From: Diadema antillarum
Lineage: Eukaryota
Reading direction: 5' to 3'
Assembly: GCF_040938485.1 (NCBI RefSeq)
Contig: NW_027270890.1
Location: 6,572,001 to 6,636,000 of the forward strand
Length of the DNA stretch: 64,000 nt
Below are positions 52,457 to 62,701 of this stretch, one piece after another. The notes below the pieces were generated by a model, which was not told where the DNA came from, made no database searches, and saw only the letters and a list, made by a program, of their open reading frames with translations. Within the stretch, counting starts at the first letter, position 1; every line of letters starts with the position of its first letter. The translations under genes and the position numbers were made by a program.

Positions 52457-54306
52457 GACAGCAAAATTAAACCTCACTTCGGCCTACAATAAAAAAAATT
52501 ACGTACCAATTAAAAGTAAAATTATGACATAATTATGAGGAAGAAATGCATCAATTTGTAAAGTATTAGTAATATCAGTTGATATCTTTGCTGTCACTGT
52601 AGGATATCAGATGGAAGGTTTAGTTTAATAGTGTATTCTTAACAAAACATAAAGTGGAAAGGTGTAAGGAAATATCGAATCATGGACAATAGATTCCGAC
52701 GGTTTCATCAGCCATTCTGCTTTTTGTAAAACATGGACAAAGATACCTCAATATGTTGAGATTTATCATGAAATATATCATTCGCAGCCTTTCCTAAAAT
52801 AATGCCAACGTACTTTATCTTCCGTTTTATGGTCTTTTAAGATACCTGAAGAGTTTGCCTGCTTTTGAATTAAAGCCATTATCAAATAGAAAATAAAAGA
52901 GCTTTTCATTGAAATGCACTTGTTACATAACAAAAGGTTATTTTGGATATTTGGATATTGATTTTGACTTTGGATATTGATCTTAATTGTCACTTTTCAC
53001 TTTTAGTTATTTCATTTTTCAGCAGATTTGATGTCATATATTTCAAATCGATAAAAATGGATATTCCGTGGGATAGAGTAGGACGATTGCTCCTTGAGAT
53101 GTAATGGAGATCTTGTATGTGGTATCGGGTTAGTCTAATTATTAGAAATAGACAAAATGACAGTAGAATGTAGAAATATTGAAGTAGAATTAATGACGGT
53201 AGAATTATTTATGCCAGTTGGCTAAAATATGATGTGACTTATCAAGTTTTCAATTTGTGTAACTTTTTTCCCCTTTAGCATACAGCTATATACTCTGTAA
53301 GAGGGCGCTGACATTACTATCACAGCATGACTGTCTTGCCAGATATCAATTTACACACCTGTGTGAAGAGAACATCGCACATATTATGTTACCTTGCTTT
53401 ATAGAAGTTAGCAGAAATTAGGTAGAATTAGAGCTTACTACCTCCGATGGAAAAATGAACGTAAATTAAACATATTAAGTATTAACTTGAGTAAATGCAC
53501 TGTTTTACATGTATATTAACTCGATCTGTATTAATTTGTTGGCTCGTATAAGGTTCCTTGAAAAACAAATGCATTGTGATTTGTGTTGGTTCATAAAACT
53601 CTCAACATCACTTTTGCGGTGAAACGAAAATCTAGAAGCATTCCATATATTTAACTCTAACGATTAATCGCCATGTATTTTGTTAGTCACACTGATATTA
53701 CAGAAAAATGCATGTTATGCCGAATCGAGGGGAAGGTGCATTCCATTGTCTTTTGTTAAACATAATATGTTGAACGAAAGACATTAATATTATCAATACT
53801 TTAGCAATGATTGACAAATGAGGTCACAACAGGAATATTGGTTTGGAAGGATTTTTTATGGGCGTATCCAAGTAAAATGAAGAAAAATGAATCCGAAAAA
53901 TTAGTTAAAAATATATGGAATGTTTCATTTCATCGCAAAAATGATGTTGAGGGTATCATAAATCAACACAGATGAACATGCATTTTATATTTCAGGAAAC
54001 CTTTATAGAAAGGTTCGGTCGAGTGCGACGATGGAAAACCACCTGCATACTTTAATGATTAAAGTATGCTAGCTTATATATAGATCAACGTCCGCAGGTA
54101 ATAATGCTTTATCCTATCTGTGTCTTAGGTGAACATAATGGTGCATGCTGGTTTTGTCGTAAACCAATTATTGTATCAAGTATGAACACTCAGAAAACGG
54201 ATTCATTGTCATACAAACTTCAGAAAACTACTCTTGCTTAGACAGGTGTTAGAAATAAGGTTCATATCATGGATGGTGAGATAGTTGGTACAAGACATTG
54301 CAAATA

Positions 54307-54855
54307 TTAAAGGACAAGTCCACCTTCATATACAACATGTAGAGTGTCCATGTGGTTTAGGTGAATGCAGCAATATTAGCAGAAAACATCGGTGAAAGTT
54401 TGTGGAAAATTGGACAATCCGTTCAGAGGTTATTGTCCTGCTGGATGAAAAGAGTACGACAGCGTTTGATGTCATATGCGTAGAACAATGTAACAAAATA
54501 TAAAGAGAATTTCACAAAATTTTACTCTTTGAAAAAAAGAAGTGCTCATTTGCTTGTCGTTGACATAATATGTTAGGGACAATATTATTCCCCTTTGCCT
54601 TCAAAAGAGGGAAGTCAAATGTTCTTTTCTTGTATGAATTTCATGTTGAATTTCCTTATACTTTTATTAGATCGCTGTACGCATGTGACATCATACACTG
54701 TCGTAATCTTCTTATCCAGCACTGACTGCGCTGATACTTCAACAATTCATAACTTTTAAATGGATTGTCCCATTTTCCCCAAACTCTCTTTGATGTGTTC
54801 TACTAATGTTGCTGCATTCACTCAACCCACATAACAACATGAAATTGTCCTTTAA
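54307..54855. mobile_element. Kolobok-like MITE family C with a TTAA TSD; a fragment of the same family lies at about 1660-1740 in PP2A intron 2
   Basis: TTAA|AGGACAA...TTGTCCT|TTAA. Absent from the paralogous site near 63830. Shares gcatgtgacatca with 1690. Confidence 0.85.
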
Positions 54856-55314
54856 GATAATCTTTAAAAAACAACAACTCCAACAACAACAACAAAATGA
54901 TGAAGTATAGGTTGATGCCCTCTATTATGAAAAAGCAACGACATAACGTGTAGAGCGAGAGAGTGAGAGAAAAGAGAGAGAGAGAGAGAGAAAGAGGGGG
55001 AGGGGGAGAGAGTAGGTGTTGGCTATATCTATTTCAACATAGTTTTTTCTTTTTTTTAATACTCCTTTGCCGTCCAAGATGAAGCAACAATTAGAAATAA
55101 ATTTAGATGAAGTGTTAATAAAGTATGATAATTTCCACTGCTTAAGTTTTCCACTGATATTTGCGGTCTGGGTATTACGAGAAAGTTGTTGCTCCAATTT
55201 GAACTTAATGATGAATCGATAGAAAACCAAATGAATGTGGCAATATAACTTGATAACAAAAATCAATATTTTCAAAAATCTATTCTCAATTTTACTTTAG
55301 AAGGTACATAGAAT

Positions 55315-55432
55315 AGGGGCGGACCTAGGAATTCCGTAAAGAGGGGGTGCCTTTACAAAATTAAAGGGGGGCTCACAACCCCCATTTTAATTTCTTTTGT
55401 TTTGAAAAAAAGGATCCCTGGATCCGCCCCTG
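55315..55432 (+). mobile_element. PIF/Harbinger-like MITE, same family as 12760
   Basis: AGGGGCGGACCTAGG...CCTGGATCCGCCCCTG TIRs. Confidence 0.75.
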
Positions 55433-55889
55433 CAGAATACATACTCATACATGAACCGAAAAAAAAAAAATACAAAATGGACGGATTGCCAATTTTAGAT
55501 TCACTAATCATAATGATTTTGTTCTTCCATAGGATCCATTAGTGGTTACGTCACAATGAGCTGTGAAGTTGATAGGTCTAAACGAAAGCCATTATTTTTT
55601 TCTTAATACGGTGTCATGTACGCTATGTACCGTTGTAGACCTTCAATGGCACATGTGCATTCCGCCACGTATTCATCCATTAGCTTTAATACATTAGCTT
55701 TAGCCTCGTCGATGCTTATGATATACATGAAATAGGTAAACGAAGACTCAGTCTTTTCTCTCTTTCCCTCTCTCTCTCTCTCTTCTGAAATTCGAAATCA
55801 ACGATTTTAAGTTTCTTTATCATCCACAGTGCTGTTTTCATGGAACAACCCCATAAAGATTGAGATAATACAAGTGTACGTAAGTCATG

Positions 55890-55920
<31 letters not shown>

Positions 55921-56004
55921 CAGGAAAGTGTCATACACTATTGAAATTACATGGAACAGAAATCAGGTTTGGTAGCATACCTTCGCGAAAGATTTACACG
56001 CATC

Positions 56005-57135
56005 TTTATGCCTCCGCCACGAAGTGGTGCCGGAGGCATTATGTTTTCGGGTTGTCCGTCCGTCCGTCCGTCCGTCCGTCCGTAATGAATTTTGTGGACA
56101 GGGTAACTACCAAAACCTTTTGAGGTATCCTAATGAAACTTGGCATGTATGTGTATTAGGGGGTGAAGTTGTGCCTATCAACTTTTGGGTGCACATGCTC
56201 AAGGTCAAAGGTCAAAAGGTCAAGGTCAAATGATTAAAATTTCACTATTTCCCCCATATCTATGCAATGCCTATAGATATTTTCTTGAAACTTAGTGTAT
56301 ACATGTATTACCCAATTAAGATTCTCTGGTGAAAGTTTGGGGTCATAAGGTCAAAAGGTCAAAGGTCAAAAGGTCAAGTAAAGTGTCAAAATTTTACTTT
56401 TTTCTCTGTATCTTGGAAATTGTTCAAGGTATCTTCATGAAACATAGTATATATGCATGTACTGACTGGCAGTGGTTATCTAGGGAATTCAGGGTTCATT
56501 GGGTCAAAGGTCAGGGGTCAAACGTCAAGGCAATACTTTAAAATTTTACTATTTTCCTTATATTTATGCAATGCCAGCAGGATTATTTTGTTTAACTTGA
56601 TGTATGCATGTATAACCCAATAGAAATTATCTGGGATTTTTTTTTTTTGCCAAGAAGGTCAAAGGTCAAAAGGTCAAAGTGAAAGTGCTGAACTTACTTC
56701 TTTCTCCATATCTCCGAAGTGGCTCAAGTTATCTTGAAACTTAGTACATATTTATGTATGTTCTGCCTGACAGTGATTCTCTTATAAATCAAAGGCCAGA
56801 TGAACATGATAACAATTTACTGTTCAATACAGAAATTGCACTTTTTCTCCATACCTTGAAAATTACTCGGTGCATAAACTTATGAAAGGGTCAAAGTCAA
56901 GTTAAAGTTCTTAAATCCCCAAATACATGCTCTCCTCCAATTCATCCAATTAAACATACACGTGTAGGTCAAGGAAGGTAAACATTCAATACATTTGTGA
57001 CAAACATGTCATTTTGATATTTTGCCAATTTTGTGAAAATGTAATCACACATTGTCCACATGTACTATAGACCCATTAGGAGAATCATGCATTATGGCGG
57101 AGGCATACCAGTCGCCATAGCGACATTTCTAGTTT
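56005..57135 (+). mobile_element. Intact HINE (DINE-1-like non-autonomous Helentron), about 1.13 kb
   Basis: Inserted in T runs. Perfect 12-bp subTIRs ATGCCTCCGCCA (56008) and TGGCGGAGGCAT (57095), a 5' inner IR, a (GTCC)7 microsatellite, a 3' stem-loop GTCGC-CATA-GCGAC (57111-57124), and ~150-bp internal subrepeats. Confidence 0.88.
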
Positions 57136-57162
57136 AAAACTTATTTACAGTAGTTATATACC

Positions 57163-57714
57163 TTGGAAGTACGAGATCAAAAGAGTAATTTCGCCTTCTC
57201 CCCAAAAGTAACCCAAGATATTTTTCTCCGACCAAGAGTTAGAACTCTTATACCAAAGCTTGAGGAATTTCAGTTTAAACTTCTTCATAGTGCACTTTAT
57301 ACAAAAGTTAATCTGTTGAGATTTGGGTTTGTTTCGGATGATCTCTGCATGTTCTTTTTGCAAAAAAAAAAAAGCACTGAGACATATTTACATATATTTT
57401 GGGAGTGTATTGAAGTGCAGGAATTCTGGCAAATCAATATTCAAAAATTGAATTTAGAAGAACTAAGAAATATGAACTGGGAAGTTGTTTATACAGTTAT
57501 ATCCGGAAACTCGTTATAAGTCAAAGGATGGAATACAATTATATCGATAATTAAATATATTTTATATTTAGCGATATCAGAAAGGGAGGTACCAAAGTTT
57601 AATGATGTTATGAAGTATTTTAAGATGTGTAAAGAAGAAGAAAATAAGATAGCGAGTAAAAGAGGAACAGTTGCAATGCATTTGTTACAGTGGGAAGATG
57701 CATACCGAGGATGA
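57163..57714 (+). mobile_element. 5'-truncated L1/Tx1-clade LINE remnant (C-terminal zf-RVT-like region of ORF2, frameshifted)
   Basis: FQFKLLHSALYT...C...ET.LHIFWEC..VQEFW and a terminal ...HLLQW are typical of L1/Tx1 ORF2 ends. Confidence 0.8.
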
Positions 57715-58465
57715 TATGTGATTTTCTTTTTCTGTCTTGATTTTGCCGTATCTGCGAGTTATTATCATATCGTTGTCGTTTTTTCTCTCTATTGCTTGTA
57801 CCTTTTCCACATCATTGCCACTTTATGATTATAATGTATTTTATTATAAGAGAAACAAAATGGCAATTTACACGCAGAGTTATTCAAGTGTAAATAAAAC
57901 CTGAGGGCTGAAGGCACGTGGGGGTGGGGGGAGTGCATGCTGGCGTTGCGTGGGTGTGTCTGTGTTCATGTGTGTATGTTTTCTCGCAAATGGCCTCGGG
58001 TTTTTTTTTTTTTTGATAAGCAATGATATATAGGGCTTAACCCGTTTTGTTTTTAAGCAAATTGTTTATTATGTTCCCGTTTTGCGGGCTTTTTGCGAGA
58101 ATTATGTGCTTTAAAAAAAGGCAAAAAGCGGATTTTGTTTCCTTGGTTAAAAGAGTTATAATGTAAGTTTGACATGAGTTTACACAATGTTGGTGTTACT
58201 GCATTTTGTCCTTATATAGTGTAAGATTGACGTTATTTTGTACAATGTTTGTGCATAATGCAGTTTGTCTTTGTATGATGTTTTGTTTTGTTTCTGTGAA
58301 CGTTTCTGTTTCTGTGATATGAAATTGAACGAAATTCTAATACAGAATGATAAAAAAATACACCTCTGCAATAACTACATAAAGAACCTTTCGTTAAATT
58401 ATCTTCACTTTGGATACATTGTAATGTTTTAGATATCGCTTTTAACGAAATTATTCATCAACCTG

Positions 58466-58705
58466 AAAGCGCATGCCTGAAGTATACCTCATAATGGGCG
58501 TTGGTTGATATTAGTACTATGCCATAATTTTTCTAACAAGGTGAGCATGCGCAAGGGAAGGGTCACCCTCCCCATTTCATTTATGGTTGCCGCTATATTA
58601 ACCATGATTACATGATGTTCGTTTCCACTGACTGACATGTAAAAGATTTCAACTGGTATGCCGCTGCTTCAAGAAGAGACGGTCAAAAGCAGAGACAACG
58701 TTGAG
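58466..58705 (+). promoter_or_regulatory. GPCR4 promoter and putative non-coding exon 1
   Basis: AAAGCGCATGC at 58466, TGAGCATGCGCA at 58542, TATATTA at 58594, TTTCCACTG at 58622, donor GAG|GTAATG at 58705. Acceptor gcAG|GA at 60458-60459. Confidence 0.7.
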
Positions 58706-60576
58706 GTAATGCTCGTAACCTTGACTCAGTCCATATTCTTTCTCCGACAAACAGAGAAGTCTAAATTCTCCTCAAGCACTTCACTTTCGATGTTTTTTCC
58801 CCCGGAAAGTAAACCATCACACGATTTTTATGAACGTGTCAGGGCTTCGGCTTTTCGCGATGATACAGAATTCTAACGTTTGGCATGTTTGCTATGATAC
58901 TTATCTCATCATATTAATCAGGTTGATGGTAGTAATGTAGGTGCTGTTCTTTCCTGGAGACGAGTTATAACCTGCAATAAGGGATGCTTAATTCAACATA
59001 GATTACAATAACATCTAATTTAAAATCTCCTGACAAGCCGTCGGTCTCTGATTAAATCTGGATCACGCTGTGTAAAACTAAGATAATTTCACAACTAATG
59101 GTAGTTCTGCAATCAACGGTAACCATTGGTTATGGAATACTGTTTAATACTATAGGTTATAATAGATTATTACCATAGAATACTAGTTACCATTGATTGC
59201 AAAATTGCCATTTATTGTAAAGGTACAACACAGTCGTATCCAAACCCTACAAGCCTTTACTGAAGACATGTCGTTTATCCCTTTGTACTGTTTATGTTTT
59301 CAATGTTATCAAGTTTTAATTAATTAAATCACTTACATCAATCAGTAGAGTTAGTTGCTATCTACCCATCAAACTTGACGAAAGTTCATCTCTTTGCATT
59401 CCGTCGTGCAAGTCAGCAATATGTCATTGTGTGGTCGTGACACAGTATTGTATCAAGGGTTCCGTTTATATTATGACTATCATTGACTATTGTAAAACGT
59501 GGAAATGAGGCTCGATCGGAATTTTGAAATAGTGGGATTGCAGATAAATCCATATTCAGGGAATCACCCAATAGAAATGAGTCTGTTTGTTTCCAAAATC
59601 ACAAAGGACAGAATGTCTGGACAATGCATGAGGTTTTCTCGCTTCTTAATGCCTTCACATACGTTACTTCTAATTGTAATTCAACGTTTTAACAAATAAA
59701 CACATACCTAAATGGGCTCAAAACTTGTGACGTATTTTCATTTATATAACATCGAATCGCGTTTGTTCTGAGAAAACAAATAGTTTTCGCAATGCAGTTT
59801 CTTTTAACCAAATTAATATACTAGTGACTGATTCTGACTACTGACAAGGAGAATTCAGCCTCTTCAACTTACCCACTTACGCTCATTATTATCAGTGTTT
59901 ATGAAGAACGTCTCTTCTCGAAAGCAGAGGATATTTAAAAAACAGGATCACCTAATCGTATTTTCCACTCATTTGGTAATGTACAATGTAGGCTGGGCCG
60001 GAAAGATCACGCGAACGCTAACTTCATGGGATGATGCCTTCAAAATAAGAAGTATAGTTGCATTTCCCCCCTAACCACGTATACATCGTTCAGGGCAAAC
60101 AAAAAGTTCTTCCACAGAAACTTAAGATGTTTGTTTTTGTTTTGTGTGACTGTTTCTTATTTCTACTTTAGCACATAAAGGTGTAGTCAGCAACTGCGGT
60201 CATTTGTCCAATATCAATAATTTGACATCAATATTATTGAAGATGGTTAACGCTCTTAAGATGTAAATCTCTAAACCTTTGGAGCTTTATGATTTTTATC
60301 TAGAGACAACTTTTATTAGAAAGCTGCTAAAAGAAAATTCAATGAAACAATCACTTTTATGCAGTGTTACGAAACAGCTGTATCATCCTCTATGTTTTAT
60401 TTTATTTTTTGTAAATGTTTGTGTAACTTGTATGCTGTATTCCTTATCACCCATCGCAGGATAACAGATACAACTACAAGTGTTAGGGTGGAAAGTGGAT
60501 TCTTTCACGTGGGCGAACATTTCACCTAACCGTTACCAGAGATTCAAAGCCTTAACTCACTCATCATGGTGACTTC

Positions 60577-61698
60577 ATGCTAATGGAAGCACAAACGCGT
60601 TCAGATACTTCTTACACGCTTTCATACACAGCGATGATGGTAGAGATGGATACGACAGATCCTGCCATGGCAACCCTTCCAAATATCCCCGAGGAGACCA
60701 GCGAATGGGTGTGGAGCATGACATGGTCCTGGACAAACCTGCTACAACTGATATTTTCATTGGTAGGAAGTATCGGTAACCTTCTGGTGATTCTTGTCCT
60801 GGCCGGGCGGCAGACGGCCCGGTACTCTATGGATGTTTTCATCTTGGCACTGGCGGTGGCCGATTTCTTGACGTCCGTGGTAATGATCCCAGTTCCGATG
60901 GCTCAGCGCGTGCCAGATACGATTGCAGGTTCTTTATACTGCAAGGTGATATACCCAAGCTACCTGTTGTGGATATTCGTCTTCTCGTCTGCCTACATCC
61001 TAGCAGGCATGTCCGTGGAGCGTTTCGTGGCGGTGGCATATCCTCTACACCGTCACCATGTCATCACGAAGCGACGAGTGTACATCTTCCTGGCCGTCGT
61101 TGGCGTACTTTCCACTCCTGCTTCTGCGCAAAATTTAAAAGTTGAAGTCATAGGTAACAGGTGCCAGGACACAAAACCGATGAATGTGAAAATTGACATT
61201 GCTATCTATCTCTTCTTTTCTCGCGTGGGTTTCCCTGTGCTCACCATGGTCGTTACGCAGGTCTTGACCGCCGTGGTTCTACATGGACAGCACAAAGAGC
61301 TGGAAAACGTCTTGTCTGCTCAGAAAGGTGGTGTCCCGTCCATTCACCTCACAGCTCGCAACAACATCGTGAAGATGACGGCTACCGTAGTAGCAGTCTT
61401 CATCCTCAGCTTGGGTCCAAGTAACCTGATGTTTATGATAACAGGCCTTCGTGGAACCATCAGATCCCATTTGTTCAGCCCTCTCTACTACGTCCTAAAC
61501 GTTTTTGCTTTCATCAACCCGACAGCTAATCCCTTCATTTACGCAGCTCGGTACCCTAAGTTTCGAACGGCCATCAAGGACGTCTTCACCAAAGGATTGT
61601 CCAAGACGAAGTTGCCTCTTTTTGATCAGGGCATCGATCACTATTTAGGGGTTGGTACGCAGATAACTAATGCTTCGGCCATGAGTGGCCCAATCTGA
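60577..61698 (+). CDS. Orphan class-A GPCR, copy 4, 373 aa (the real start may be the second ATG at 60583)
   Basis: Intact ORF with 7TM motifs; TM7 reads NPTANPFIY. Confidence 0.95.
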   Translation: MLMEAQTRSDTSYTLSYTAMMVEMDTTDPAMATLPNIPEETSEWVWSMTWSWTNLLQLIFSLVGSIGNLLVILVLAGRQTARYSMDVFILALAVADFLTSVVMIPVPMAQRVPDTIAGSLYCKVIYPSYLLWIFVFSSAYILAGMSVERFVAVAYPLHRHHVITKRRVYIFLAVVGVLSTPASAQNLKVEVIGNRCQDTKPMNVKIDIAIYLFFSRVGFPVLTMVVTQVLTAVVLHGQHKELENVLSAQKGGVPSIHLTARNNIVKMTATVVAVFILSLGPSNLMFMITGLRGTIRSHLFSPLYYVLNVFAFINPTANPFIYAARYPKFRTAIKDVFTKGLSKTKLPLFDQGIDHYLGVGTQITNASAMSGPI

Positions 61699-62542
61699 GA
61701 AAGCAAAATTAAACAATCGTTACCTCACCAGCTCACGTCGGCTTTAAATCAAAGAATTTACACAACCGTTAAAAGTAAAGTCATGTTCTTATAAGGAAAA
61801 AAAAAGCTTCAATTCCTTAAGTGGTAATAGTTAAATGAGTTAACTTTAGAGATAGTCTCCTTTCGTTTCACTGTGGACTATCAGGTGGAAGGTGTATGTA
61901 ATATACTTCTGTATAAACATGTGTATTCTTAACAAAAACGAGGGCAGGTGTAAGGAAATCTTGAATCGTGGACGAGAAATCTCGACGGTTCCATCAGCCA
62001 CTCTGCTTTTCTTAATAGCCAGAAGTTCTCTGGAAAACGTGTTCTTAGATGTTCCAATATGTATATGCTCAGTTTTTTCTTAAAGTACATGATAACTTAG
62101 ACTAAAAGATAATGATAGAATTGCTCCCCGCTGTGAAATAATGACTACATACGTTAATTTTACTATTATTTTTTTTTTGGAAATACCAATAATCAAATAA
62201 GACATCTGAAGAGTTGGGATAAAAAAACGCCCTTTTTAACACTGCTTTTAAATCAAAGCCATCATCAAATAGAGAAAATAAGAGTTTTTTTTACAAGAAG
62301 TATTTTTTAGAGATTTACTGAAATTATGTCGTAATTATATAAATTATATTTTCATCATTTTTATTTTTCACAGCCGATTTGATTTTACATATTTCAAATT
62401 GATAAACGGATTATATATTAGTTGTTTTTACATTTGAACTCTCCATTATTTTTTTGACTCATAGATATCATTATTCAAAAGGAAGGCCCGGCGGAGTGGG
62501 AGATAAGGCCTTGAGATGCAACTGAGATGTTGTATGTAGTAG

Positions 62543-62701
62543 CAGTTTTCTTTCGTTATATCGAAATTTCGTTATGAATCTATTTAATAAACAATAAAAA
62601 AACAAAACAAAACAAAAGAAGTATAATGTTGCAGCCTGATTTTTTTTTTCGTTGTAATCGAAATTTGTAATAACCGTGTTCGTTATAACGGGAGTGCACT
62701 G
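62543..62701. mobile_element. pogo/Tigger-like MITE (159 bp)
   Basis: The right TIR reads CAGTGCACTCCCGTTATAACGAA on the minus strand. The left TIR CAGTTTTCTTTCGTTATATCGAA is degenerate. Absent from the paralogous site near 53120. Confidence 0.7.

Larger units (their letters stand above)
49628..55035 (+). repeat. Segmental duplication unit A (promoter, intron, GPCR3, downstream flank); homologous to 58363-64000
   Basis: Collinear alignable blocks, e.g. cactttggatacattgtaatg at 49692 and 58406, and ccgcaggtaataatgcttt at 54092 and 63634, broken by indels. Confidence 0.92.
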
